Positions 11,490 to 23,276 of a stretch of DNA of 38,863 nt are shown here, piece after piece. Both the position numbers and the translations under genes were made by a program. The notes beneath the pieces were generated by a model. The model saw only the letters and a program-made list of their open reading frames with translations, was not told the origin of the DNA and did no database searches. Positions within the stretch are counted from its first letter, which is position 1. Every line of letters starts with the position of its first letter. Origin of the DNA: Octopus sinensis (taxonomy: Eukaryota). The DNA lies in contig NW_021835654.1 of the NCBI RefSeq assembly GCF_006345805.1, positions 1 through 38,863 on the forward strand. Direction: 5' to 3'.

Positions 11490-12210
11490 TAAGTGACCCA
11501 CTGTAGGTGCGGGAGAATGCTGAATAGCTCATATCTTAGACGGCATAACGAAGTAGTCAGATGTATTCACTTACATCTTTGTCGTCAATATGGAATAAGG
11601 AAAACTAAGAGACTAAAGACACACTCAGTTCAATCTGTTGTTAGCAATGAATTTGTGGAGATTCGTGTGGATACTACGATTAGTACGGATACAGCTGTGG
11701 CGAATAACAAACCTGATATATTTGTCCATGACAAAGTGAGGAATACAATCACTCTTATCGAAGTTGGGATTACTTCGCAAAATTGCCTTAAGCAGGTCGA
11801 AGTTGAGAAGTTCCACAAATATCACTTATTGGCAAATGAACTTGAAGCAATTCATCACGCAAAAGTGAAAGTAATCCCTGTACCTGGGATGGAATTGTCT
11901 CAAGATTTTTCAAGGGTCATCTTGATGTCCTCAAGCTGGAAGAAAGAGTGAGAGTATTCAGACAGTGTTCTGAGGAAGACATTGAAGAGCATGCAGGCTG
12001 AAGAGAGGCATGGTATATCGATGCCTAGTGAGGAGAAAGCTGAAACGGAATGTCAACCAAGGGCAGCCTCAGAATGTGGAGTGAGCTTCGACGAGAACAC
12101 ACCCATACGGTCACTGGATTATGGGCCCAAAAAGAGAAGATTAAGCTAATTAATTAATTACTTTAACATGGATTTTTATTTTTCAATTCAATAAATTTTG
12201 AAACATTAAA
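11490..12210 (+). mobile_element. 3' part of an R4/Dong-like retrotransposon (CCHC + RLE)
   Basis: ORF 11493-11951 reads RCGRMLNSSYLRRHNEVVRCIH..NNKPDIFVHDK..LIEVGIT..EKFHKY (PD-(D/E)xK nuclease). An A-rich 3' region follows. Confidence 0.88.
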
Positions 12211-12893
12211 ATTGAATAAAACTTCAAAGTAGTTTTACTTTTACCTACATTTATAAGCACATAATCTAAGCATTCGATAAAAACTGATCTGAATCAGTTT
12301 TCAAAAATATTTGATTCAAGTACTCCACTCAATCAAAAAATTAAAATTGCGATCAAAAAAACGACTCAAAGTTATAATTTCAATAATATATAAAGACTGT
12401 ATTTTACTACAATATAGTTTTGAAGACCCATTCAGTTCTCCTCTGATGATTTTATCGATAAAATTACACAACTTGTATTCTTGAAAAACAAACCAAAAAT
12501 ATAGAAATAAGAAAAATACAAATCAAACAAGAAATAAATATAAGTTTATAAATTTTATTATACACTAATATTAAAATATTTCCAATGTTTCATGAGTGTA
12601 GATTTTAAAATATTTTCAAAAACAGTTTTTTGATAAAATTAAAAAATTTCAAGTTTCAGTTAAAACTTTCCCTAACGATAAAATTTTAAATATTCATAAC
12701 AAGAATATAGACACAAAGCGCAATCTATTAAATTAATAAGTATATAATTTTGATAATTTCAATGACAATTGATGAAACTATTGTTTCAGATTTACTGACG
12801 AGTGATCTATATAATCAATGATTACTTTTTTAAAACCGCCGAAATTGAAACCTCTGGAGTCACAGGAAATCTCACTACGTCCTTCATCTATAG

Positions 12894-15037
12894 CAGGGGT
12901 CACCAAACTTTTTGCACTCGCGGGCCGGATTGACCCCAACACAATGAACGCGGGCCGGAGCACGTGCATAGGATTATAATTTTACTAGAAATTCATAAGT
13001 GTGTTTTTTACAATAAAACTAATTTAAACAAAATAAAGTAAACAAAAATTTTAATGAGAGCTATGGAACTGTGATCTTTTTTTGATAAGTTCATCAATTT
13101 TGGTTTTAAATTGCTGCATCCTATCATGAGAATTGATTTTAAGTGTCCGTCAGTCAATCTTGCACGATGGGCAGACTTAACATATCATCCTCGAAAACGT
13201 TTGCTCACATTGGTAAGTTGTGCCAATATAGAAATCATCTTTATCGCAAAATTCTTTAGTCTCGGAAACTCATCATCCTTGAGATATTCGTAGAACTCAG
13301 CGAGTTTGGTCCGTCTGTGACAATCTTTGAGCTGTTCATTTGATTGTAAGTCAATAACTTCTAATTGTAATTCATGTTGACATTTTCAACATTACAAGAA
13401 ATGGATTTTCGAACAAATTATATCGCTTTCAATTTTTGTCAAGTCAGAAATTATGTAAAAAATGATGTTTTAATTCTTTGATAATTCCAATTTGGAAAGT
13501 ATGTCGATCTCATTACAGTTTGCCTCACAAAAACTTTTAAAACAAGAAAAGTGTGAAAACTGACGTACTCCAAGTTGTGACTCGAATAAAACATCAATTT
13601 TTGTCGAAATGCTTTAATTATCCTGTAGAAATCACAAATTAAGTTTTCCTTTCCTTGTAATTTCAGATTTAGCTCATTCATGTGAGTTGTAACATCAACC
13701 AAAAATGATAATTTTGATAGCCAAGCAAGATCTGATAATTCGGGATAATAGTTATTTTACTGGTTAGAAAAATATCAATCTCACTTCGGAGTTTATAAAA
13801 TCTATTTAATACTTACCACATTACCACAGCTAAGCCATCTAACTGCAGTGTAATATGGTAAGTCAAAATATTCAGATCCAAAATCGTCAAGTAAAACTTT
13901 AAACTGACGGTGATTAAGTGAGCTCCCTCGAACAAAGTTTATTATGCGAATAACTGGATTCAACACACATGAAATATTAAGAGCCTTCGGCACATAGTGC
14001 GTGCTGATGAAGGATGCAATGAATGAACAAAGTGTTTGAAATATGTAATTCCTCCAATTTATTAGTTATTTGCCCAACTAGACCCTTTTTAGAACCAGCC
14101 ATATTCTTGGCCCCGTCAATCGTAACACAACTCAGTTTCTCCCATTCAAGGTTATAGTCACTTATAGTTTGTTCCAATTCATCAAAAATATCTTTTCCAG
14201 TGGTTGTTCCATGAATAGAACAAACAGATGCCAGTTCTTCAGTTATGGAAATATTCTCATCAACTCCACGAATAAAAATAAGAAGTTGCGATGTTCCCGA
14301 AATGTCAACTGACTCATCCAATGCAAGAGAATACCACAACATATTACTTGTCTTTTCACAAATTTGTAAAATATATATTTTTTCCAAGCTCTTCAGTTCT
14401 CCGTGATACAGAACTCGCCGACAAACTTATTCCATCAAATAAGGAAGAATTTAGTGGCACAAACAATTAACTGCTTCAATAATGCAATTTTGATATACAT
14501 CCCATCACTAAATGATTTCCCGTGTTGTAAAATAATTTTTGTTATCTTGTAACCAGCTCTTGTTACAATTTCATTATTTTCAAATTTTTTTATAAGGCCT
14601 TGTTGAATTTGTAAAGTGCGCTTCAGTGATTCAACTTTATCCTCACGTAGCTTTCCAGTGTACTTGGAATATATCGAAGCATGATTCGTTTCATAGTGAC
14701 GTCGAATGTTATACTCCTTCATAACAGAGAGATGTTCGTGGCATATTAAACAATAAGCTTTCTGCTTTAATTCATCTTTCGCAAAAAATACTTCAATTCC
14801 CATAATTTATTGAATACACGGCATTCGCGGTCAACCTTTCTTTTCATATTAGACATAGCAACAAAGAAAAATTTAACGTTAATGCTGATAAGTTTTTTTT
14901 CGAATTAAATCTTGCAAAATAGTTTAATTTTTAATTAAAGTTTTTATTTAAGTTAATTATTAAGGTATAATTGAATATCTCGAAATAGTGCGCGGGCCGG
15001 ATAAAAGTTGTCGCGGCCGTAGTTTTGGTGACGTCTG
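12894..15037 (-). mobile_element. hAT SPIN/GTF2IRD2-like element, near full length, frameshifted
   Basis: TIRs CAGGGGTCACCAAACT / CAGACGTCACCAAAACT. TSD ATCTATAG / ATCTATAT. Motifs CLICHEHLSVMKEYNIRRHYETNH, LALDESVDISGTSQL, HCILHQHALC, VRWLSCG. Confidence 0.92.
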
Positions 15038-15696
15038 ATCTATATCATCTGGAAAATGATTCCTTTCTGTAGAAGATTGATGGGAATCGTCGTGGTTCTG
15101 ACAAAGAATTTGATTGCCGTTTTCTGTTTATTGATATCCTGACAGTCTTTCGAATTTCCATTACTTCCAACCTCTATTTTGTTCTTTGTCCTGGAGGTCA
15201 CTTTTAATCTGAAATTTTAATTTTATAAATTCACTATTTCAAGAAAGATCTCTTTATTAATTTTAAATATCGCGCTTTTTTGATAATCAGTTTCCTCCTT
15301 AACTTATGGTGTGACACTAAGAAGTCTGTCGGTTTTTTTGGTGCCGCATTTCTCCCAACTTCAGGGAAAATGGGGTTAAATAAATAAATTGATAATCGAG
15401 TCCGCCTAATCAAATGAATATATTTTATTTATATTCTTTCTGGCAAACGCTTCTTTTCTTTTTTTCTTTATATTTAGGGGTTCAGGGGTTCCCAACATTT
15501 TTAAAGTTCGCATCCCTAAATATTTTTTTTACAAACTCTCGCATTCCCAGAACATTTTCTATTTATATTATTATTATTTTTTATTTAACCAGAAGTTTGT
15601 TAATCGAAAAAAATTAAAAATTTAACATTAAACACAATAAAGTTTAAATTAACAAAAGTATACAATAACACAAGAACAAGAACAAAACTAAACAAT

Positions 15697-16139
15697 GAGC
15701 TTGCGAGGGGAGACGGAAAAAGACCGGACGGCCTATCGACTTTCCCGTTTGAGTTCGGCAAGTCTCTGTTATGGGATGCGACGTGTTCAGACACTTTCTC
15801 GGAGCTCAACCTTCCTTCTTCAGCTGTCGAGCCTGGCTCAGTCTCCCGCAAAACCGAGAAGATGAAGATTGGAAAGTACAAGGAGCTTTCTGAACGGTAT
15901 CTGTTCACTTCCATCGCTGTCGAGACTTCCGGCGTCATTGGCGAAAAGTCTTTTTCCTTTCTAAAAAAGCTTGGCTGCATGATCTCCCATAAACGGGGAG
16001 ACCCACGCGAGTTCAAGTGGCTTCTCGAAAGGATTTCCTTGGCTATAGTACGTGGAAACTGTGTTTCCATTTACGAGGCCGGGAATTTAATTAGTTAATA
16101 ACTATTTGTCACTTACTTGCAAAAAATATTGTCTTTAAA
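15697..16139 (+). mobile_element. 5'-truncated CRE-like retrotransposon (uninterrupted RLE domain)
   Basis: Open frame ARGDGKRPDGLSTFPFEFGKSLLWDATCSDTF..IAVETSG..LERISLAIVRGN. 13-bp TSD AAAACTAAACAAT at 15684-15696 and 16140-16152. Confidence 0.92.
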
Positions 16140-16492
16140 AAAACTAAACAATTAATGGCTTCTTTGTTTTTGTTTATTTCCAATGATTTTGTCAAATCTT
16201 GGTACTTTTTTGATAATCGCAATACAAATGTCATGCTCAGGATTCAGGCGATTTCTGTATTTAGTTTTAAATGCCAAAGAGAGCTGAATCCTGACTCGCA
16301 GAGGTATGTCGTTGCAAATAGAATAATTTCATACAAAGCCTTTTGAGATAATTTTTGATATATTTTCACTACTGAACTCCAAAATTGCTCCACTGTACAA
16401 TTGTGAAACTCTATTTTAAGTGCTTTGTTTGTTCGAAGATCAATCAGATTTTCTTTTATTTCATGATCATCTGACATAACTTTCAGATTATA

Positions 16493-17937
16493 CACTAGGT
16501 GCAAAAAAAAACCGTTTTTTTAAATACGGCATATTTTGCAAAGATAACCGTGATTTTTCTTTGTCGATATCGAAAGGGATCATTAAATTAACCCTAAATC
16601 AATTTTGTTATATTTTTTTTGTATTGTGTTATATGTCTAAATTAAAAATTTTAATTACACGAGCGCAATAAAAAACCGTTTTATTTTTGATTATTTAAAG
16701 TTAGTATTCAATATGGTCCCCTTTTGTCTTAAAAAGCTTTTGTGCTCTATTCGGCATGCTTTCGATTAATTTTTTTATAAAACTAATATTTTCGATTTTT
16801 TCTTTCAATTCCGAAACATTCTTTGGATGAAAGGTGTTTAATTCCCTCTTCATATAAGCCCATATATGTTCGATCGGATTGAAATCCGGTGATTGAGGTG
16901 CCCATGGTAAAAGGTTTACTCTCTTTTCTTGAAAAAATTGCATAGTCATCTTGGAAGTATGACATGGTGCCATGTCTTGTTGGAAAATAAAGTCACTAAG
17001 CTTTATTTTTTTTGCAGATTCCCATAAATGGTTACATAGTGTGTTGATATAAAGTGCGGAATTCATATTCCCGTGTATAAAAGAAAGCGAGCCCATTCCG
17101 TAATAGGAAAAACAGCCCCAGACCATAACTTTCCCCCACCAAATTTTACAGTAGGCGAAAGGTTGCTTTTTTGAAGGCCTGTATTGTTTTTCCGATAACA
17201 ATATTGCCGTTTTTTAATATTAAAAACTTCGAAACTGCATTCGTCACTGAAAATTGTCCTCATCCATTCAGTGTTTGGCACAGTAATGAAATGCTTTGCC
17301 ATGTTATAGCGTTTTTCACTATTTATTTTGTTCAATAATGGTTTTTTTCTACATACATGAGCATATATTTGCTCCCTTCTTAAATAATTTGCGATGGATC
17401 TTTTGCCGACTGTTCTTCCGGTTATTTTACGGAAATCATTCCTTAAGCAATCAGCTTTTTTTGGGGGGGTCCTCTTTAACCAGTTGAGTAAAATAAGGAT
17501 ATCGTCCTTATTAAGAATTTTTGTCTCCCCAAACCTTTCATTCTTTCAGTCGAACCATATTTAATGAATTTTCGGATGAAGTCAGCGATAGTTGATCGCG
17601 GGATATTAAGCTCGTCAGATATTTTTTTAGTGGTCCAATTTAACGCATTCAAGCTTAGAGTCTTTCCTTTTGTTATTACATCAAGCATTCGTAATTTTAT
17701 CGAGGGTTAAAATTCTAAAAAAAGTAAAAAATGTCACACTCACCAGAATAAACGGTTTTTTATTGCGCTTGTGTAATTAAAATTTTTAATTTAGACATAT
17801 AACACAATACAAAAAAATATAACAAAATTGATTAAGGGTTAATTTAATGATCCCTTTCGATATCGACAAAGAAAAATCACGGTTATCTTTGCAAAATATG
17901 CCGTATTTAAAAAAACGGTTTTTTTTTGCACCTAGTG
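16493..17937 (-). mobile_element. Tc1 (DD34E) transposon, full length, frameshifted
   Basis: TA TSD; about 190-bp TIRs starting CACTAGGTGCAAAAAAA. Motifs IFSDECSF, GKVMVWGCF, FQQDMAPCH..SPDFNPIEHIW, with 34 residues between the second D and the E. Confidence 0.95.
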
Positions 17938-19379
17938 TACGAAAATAAACTCAAAATCCATTCATCCGTAATATTTAGAACTGTTCCGAAATATCCCTCA
18001 AAAGACGTGGACAATAATTCTAAATGAGATATAAATTTCTTTACGAAAAGTAGGATTTATTGAATTGTCGACCACCTTTTCTAAGGTTGGGAAATTTGTG
18101 AGATTGTATGTTTCTAATCGCCGACGCCACAGAGATAATTTATTTTTGAATGCAGTCATTTTTCGTGGCATTTGAGTATGCTAACATCTGTACCTTGAAG
18201 AGATAAATTCAAATTTTTCATGTGAGTTAAAATGTCGGTCAAATAAACCAGCATCTGGATAAATTCGTGGGATTCCAAATATTACAATAAATCATGATTA
18301 TATTTATGAAGAAATAATTTTATTTCTTCTCTTAACTCAAAGATGCGGGGTAAGGCTTGACCTAGTGAGAGCCAGCGAATTTCGGTATGAAATAATAAAA
18401 TAGAATGATTGTTGCCAAGATCACTGCAAATTGTTTTAAAAATTCAATGGTTCATAGCACGACCTCTTATCCAGTTAATAAATTTTACAGTGGTGGCAAG
18501 TACATTTTTCAACAATGGGGGAGAGTTTTAACAGCTAATACATAGTGATGGAAAAAACAATGCTTAATCCTTATGTTCGGGATTTCATTCTTTAATAGCC
18601 CAGCAAAACCGGACATATTTCCCAGCATTGCTAGAGGACCGTTTGTACAAATAGACCCTATTGTCTGGATATCCCAATAACGTTTCATAAAAAAAATCTC
18701 TAACAATGTTAAAGATATCTATTCCTTTCGTGGTTATTTTTAATTCTTCACAAACCAAAAAATCACTAGTGCAATAAGTTGACTAAAATTAGAGACATAA
18801 GTTGATTCGCCCAACTGAAGAGATATAAGGAAAGGACTTGATTTGATCTCTGTAATAATTTGGGACAAAATATCACTGCTTAACTCACATATTTAACTGT
18901 GAATTATATTATTGGAGAGCGGAACTGATTCAATCTTTTGTCTTGACTCTGTTCCGAGTATTAATGAGACCATTTCCAATGCACATGGTTTAATCGAATC
19001 TTCTCCGACTGTATGTGGCTTTTTAGACTTTGCGATGTTATAGGCCACTTTATAAGAGGCAAGCAAAATCTATTTATCAAGATATACAAATCCCCGGTTG
19101 AAAACCGCTGATTTAGAGCATGAATGTTACTCGAATTCTAGTTTGACGAGCCATTTTGCTAGTCTGAATTGTTTTCACAGCGTCCTCAATGCTTAGTTCG
19201 GTTTCAAATTCATCCAAAACATAAAAAACAAATCAAAACTTGATTTTGTTTGAAAGCCAATTCTGGAGAGAATTTTATCAAAAATTCTATTTCTGTTATC
19301 TAATTTGACTCCTCGTTTTCTCACAAAATATTTTGGAATCGGCAGCTCTATTTAATCTTAAAACGACTTTTCTTAACGT

Positions 19380-19530
19380 TGGTGTCAGTGTCATACCGCA
19401 TAAAATTTATCTCACGGAATAGAAATTGGACAGGTTCAGTTTTATGAGATCTCCATAAATTTGAATTATTTCACCAAATCCAACTCTTTCAGCGATATGC
19501 ACCGTATGTCGACGTTTTTCATTTAAATAG
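19380..19530 (-). pseudogene. Possible mariner transposase HTH fragment
   Basis: LNEKRRHTVHIAERVG..SVR*I..LTP resembles the mariner pattern RR.TV..IAE.VG..ARWVP..LTP. Weak. Confidence 0.35.
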
Positions 19531-19801
19531 CAAGTTGTCCATATATATTACAAAATTAAAATTTACATCACTAGCAATCAATATATAAAATTTTTTGATG
19601 AGTTAAAAATTTAATTTTTTAACTCGTCTGTGACAGAAATGGCAGCGTAATACAAATCAGTACGATTTTTCTAAAAGTTAAACAGATTCTTATAGTTTTA
19701 TTACTGTAATCTGTGATTTAAATCTGCGTTTTTTCGCAAGTTTTTCCGGAATAGAATGCTTGTTTTCTTTAATTTCATAACCCAGTTGACTTGACCAGTA
19801 A

Positions 19802-20270
19802 AATATATCAATTCCCATACTAAATGGGTGGAATCAATAGAAAACTACGTGGAATCAATAACAAAGTGGGCATAAAACTAATGATTACTTTAGTTAGAAA
19901 TATTATAGAACAAAAATTTCACGTAAATTATTAGAAAAAAAATATCAAGCTCACGTGAAAAGAGATCTCTTCTTTAAAAATCAAATTTTATTCCAAAAAG
20001 GAGAAGTTTTGTCAATTAAAGAGTATTCGATACGGATAATTATAAGAATAATTGTAGATAGAATAAAATCAATTATATCTAAAGATTATGTAAGCTTTAT
20101 GCTTTGAATGTAGAGAAATATTGCTGAAGCATTAAATATGGTTGACATTAAATTTTAAAAAATAATTTTTTGGTGTTAATCCCATTTAGCTTGGTATTAA
20201 TTCCACTTAGTTTTCTATTGAGGCCACTTAGTTTTCTGGTAATCCCATTTAGTATGAGAAATGGTATATT
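19802..20270. mobile_element. Unclassified MITE
   Basis: 27-bp inverted termini aatata(t/c)ca(a/t)ttc(c/t)catactaaatggg (24/27 match), plus inverted subterminal repeats tcaatagaaaacta(c/a)gtgg. Confidence 0.75.
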
Positions 20271-20884
20271 CTTCATAATACTTCTGTGAATACAGTTTCT
20301 ATACAATATATTTCACCGATGTCAATTGCCAGAACAATAAACTGATTATTTTTATGTTAGATAAAATAAAAAGACGAAAACCTCAATTGAAGTTTGGATA
20401 ACTATTGAAACAAGTTGAAACGGGAAAATGAATTAGATTTCATAATGCTAAGTTGAACATTGTACCTATGGTGCTAACGTAAAATGGTATTGTAGGCAAT
20501 TTTTAAATGCGCTCAAAGTAGATAATTCAATAAAGGCATATATTCAGATTACTTTGATAAGAAAAACCCTCCTAAAAATACGAGTTGAAAACAGAATTGG
20601 ATGGATTGACAAAGACATCTGTTAACAGGTTGAGGTAAACAATTTGATAATCTAAAAAAACAATTTAAAATGGAATTACAAGAAAAAGAATGTAGTGCTA
20701 AGAAGTGAGACTCTCAACACCAAATGAAAATTGTTTCTAGTGACAAAAGGCTACATGGAGGTTCAAAATCAAATTTAAAAGAAGACGTGTAATTTGTTTA
20801 AATTTTTATGAAAACAGTTAAATAATATATTTTTTATTATATCACATTATATAATAATTAAACTACGCGGGATCATATTATAAT

Positions 20885-23276
20885 ATGGAAATGCGTTGTT
20901 GTGATTCTATAATCAAAAAACTATTTGATTACCAACGAGACGGTGTTTTATGGATGCAAAAGACCTTACAAAAATCAAAAGGGGCAATCCTGGGTGATGA
21001 GATGGGGTATTTTCCATATTAACTAATCCAGACTCGGAAAAACTCTTCAAGCTATCGTATACATCCAGTCTCTATATGAAGAAGACACTTCTCTTCGCAT
21101 TCTAATAATTGTTCCTGCCAATCTCCTCAAGAATTGGGAAAATGAAATTTCTAAATGGTCTGTTATTTCTTAACATTATTTCCAGGAAAACTATGTTTCC
21201 ATATTATAAATTCTACGGAAGAGAAAAGCTAGAATATTTCCGTCGTTTTTTGAATCGTCGGGGGGTTCTTTTGACGACTTACACCACAGTCCTCAACTCT
21301 GCAGACAATCTGAGAAACACATTTTTTGTACTGTTTTTTTCCCATTTTAGGACTTGATCGTAGTGGATGAGGCACATGTTGTCCGAAATCAAACAAAATC
21401 TGCTAAAATTCTCAATTCTTTGAAGAGTCATCGACGATTAGCCCTTACTGGGACACCTTTGCAGAACAATCTTATGGTCTTAATTTTAGGCTATTTTAGG
21501 AATTGTGGGCACTTGTGGATTTTGTGACGAGTGGAACCCATCAATTGGGGACGATGAAGCACTTTAAGGAAACTTTCGCTACAAAAATCAGCAGAGTGCG
21601 TTATTTTCTTTCATTTTAGGCAAATGAGCGAGGAACGAGTGCAGTCGTCCAAGGATTGGGAGAGACTCGACTTAGAAAACTTAAGGAAATGGTTGATTCT
21701 CTCATTCTGCGGAGAACTAAAGACCAAATTGAACTTAAATCGACTGGTCTGTCTGAAATCCCACTAAAACTGGATTTGGTATGTTGGACATTTTTGAATG
21801 ATCATCAAATATCAATCTATCAACAATTATTGTCCTCCAAACAAGTCAGAGAGGTATTTTTTGATTTAATCCCAGTCAATGACTTCAACGAGGTCCCCAC
21901 TCATTGAAATTGTCAATTTGAAAAAACTTTGTGACCATCCTGACCTTCTTCATATTTCTGTGGTGGAAACATTACTTAAAGAGTCCAATGGGGATCCTGA
22001 TGTGGAATTGCTGTTTATTTTTTGTTGATTTTAAGTTACCGTCGGTTGAAACAGCAGTCCGCTGATCCTCTTTCCCTCATCAAGGGATCTGGAAAACTGG
22101 CATTTGCTGTCCGATTGCTCAACACTTTGGCAAAAGATGGACATCGGACACTCGTTTTCTCTCGATCTCTGAAGGTTCTTGACATTCTTGAGAAGATTCT
22201 TCTTAGCCAAGTTCGAGTTTTTTAAAACATTTCAGGGTCACCGATTACTTCGAATGGACGGAAATGTCCAAATGGAAAGGAGAGGAGAAATTGTGGAAGC
22301 CTTTCAAAATCCAGTAAAATCCCCAAATTTTTTGCTTTTAACGACGATGGTTGGAGGAGTTGGACTCACTTTGACCTTTGCTGACAGAGTTTTGATATGT
22401 ACAACAATTTTGGGTTTAATTTTAAGACGATCCGAGTTGGAATCCTGCTAGTGATAGTCAAGCCATTGGAAGGGCTCATAGAGTCGGTCAAACCCGCCCA
22501 GGGGTGGTTTATAGGCTAATTAGCTGTGGGACCGTCGAGGAGTTTATTTATCGTCGGCAAATTTTCAAAGACACTATAAACCGAGGAGTAACTGTCCCTG
22601 GGGATACAGAAAATACATTACTTAATCGACACTTTTCGTATCTTGAACTCTACGAGCTTTTCAAGTTTAATATTGAGGATGCTCGTGTTTCGAGAACCAA
22701 AGAACAGTTGAACGAGCTCACATCCTCTATTCCATCAGAGTTTGCGGACTGTCTGAAGAGTTTAATTGGTTTTCCTGGTAAAATTCGTAAAATGACAGTT
22801 TTAGATTGCTATGGTGTTTCAAATCATGAATTAACATTTTCTGGATCCAGCGAGACTTTTGTGAATGAAGAGGCAACCAAACTCACGATAGACCAACTTG
22901 ATCAATTGGCAGTTGATTGTCCTTCTATTCCTAATTCTGAGTGCGAACAAGAAGGTAATTCCGTTTTATTTGATTTTTCAGTCATTTATACTTCAAATGT
23001 TTGTCCACCCAGAGAATCGTCTTTTGAAGAACGTTTTTCTAATGCATTGATATTTGAGAGTGAATCTTCGCAGGACGGTGTCCTGTTTTATTTTAGTTTA
23101 AAGGTGGCATGGTTTTAGCATCCGATTCTTCGACTGCTTCTGATGTGAGAGACGTGGGAGACTCAGAATCGTCCTTGTTGTCTTCAATTGCTGCTAGTTC
23201 TGGTGGGTTATTGATATCGTTGTTTCGTGATCATTCAAACAAATTACTTGCTTATTTTCACCATTTATTTCATTAA
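20885..23276 (+). CDS. ERCC6L: ERCC6L/PICH-like SNF2-family DNA translocase, about 670-715 aa, 9-12 micro-introns
   Basis: Splicing the GT-AG introns 21007-21031, 21158-21185, 21328-21350, 21477-21499, 21596-21619, 21854-21875, 22013-22035, 22211-22235 and 22399-22426 yields one frame. It contains GDEMG|LGKT, F|[19 protein letters not shown]|ELW, LRRTKD, LCDHP and [13 protein letters not shown]|[43 protein letters not shown], a PICH-like signature. Further candidate introns: about 22769-22798, 22955-22981, 23078-23103. The stop is at 23118 or 23276 depending on the last intron. Confidence 0.9.

Larger units (their letters stand above)
15483..19380 (-). mobile_element. hAT Buster-type element relic with nested CRE and Tc1; 5' end not found
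   Basis: Terminus CAGGGGTTCCCAAC at 15483. Minus-strand motifs: YKVAYNIAKSKKPHTVGE, FSLQLGES, CTNGPLAMLG, HCFFHH, TEIRWLS, FATTYLCESGFS. The frame rejoins (WILSLFS|YNLKVM) when the Tc1 is removed. Confidence 0.85.

Noticed and set aside
10880-11490. GC-rich stretch with ORFs 10915-11148 and 11200-11532 as genes
   Set aside because: No recognisable domain. It lies between retroelement fragments and is probably the N-terminal region of an R4-like element, but this could not be supported.
12700-15340. Ciliate-type code (TAA/TAG = Gln), suggested by tiny introns and a frame broken only by TAA/TAG
   Set aside because: About 670 spliced PICH codons contain no in-frame TAA/TAG and use CAA/CAG for Gln.
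4450-16070. Long ORFs overlapping CRE copies (4450-4665, 4724-4915, 4816-5085, 9776-10144, 15600-16070) as genes
   Set aside because: They are antisense or alternate-frame shadows of GC-rich retrotransposon sequence.
18085-18100. GGTTGGGAAATTTG as the partner TIR of the hAT end at 15483
   Set aside because: Poor match, no TSD, and it lies within transposase coding sequence.
20380-20800. FLYWCH/MULE relic (KWYCRQF)
   Set aside because: A single weak motif, with no TIR, TSD or catalytic motifs.
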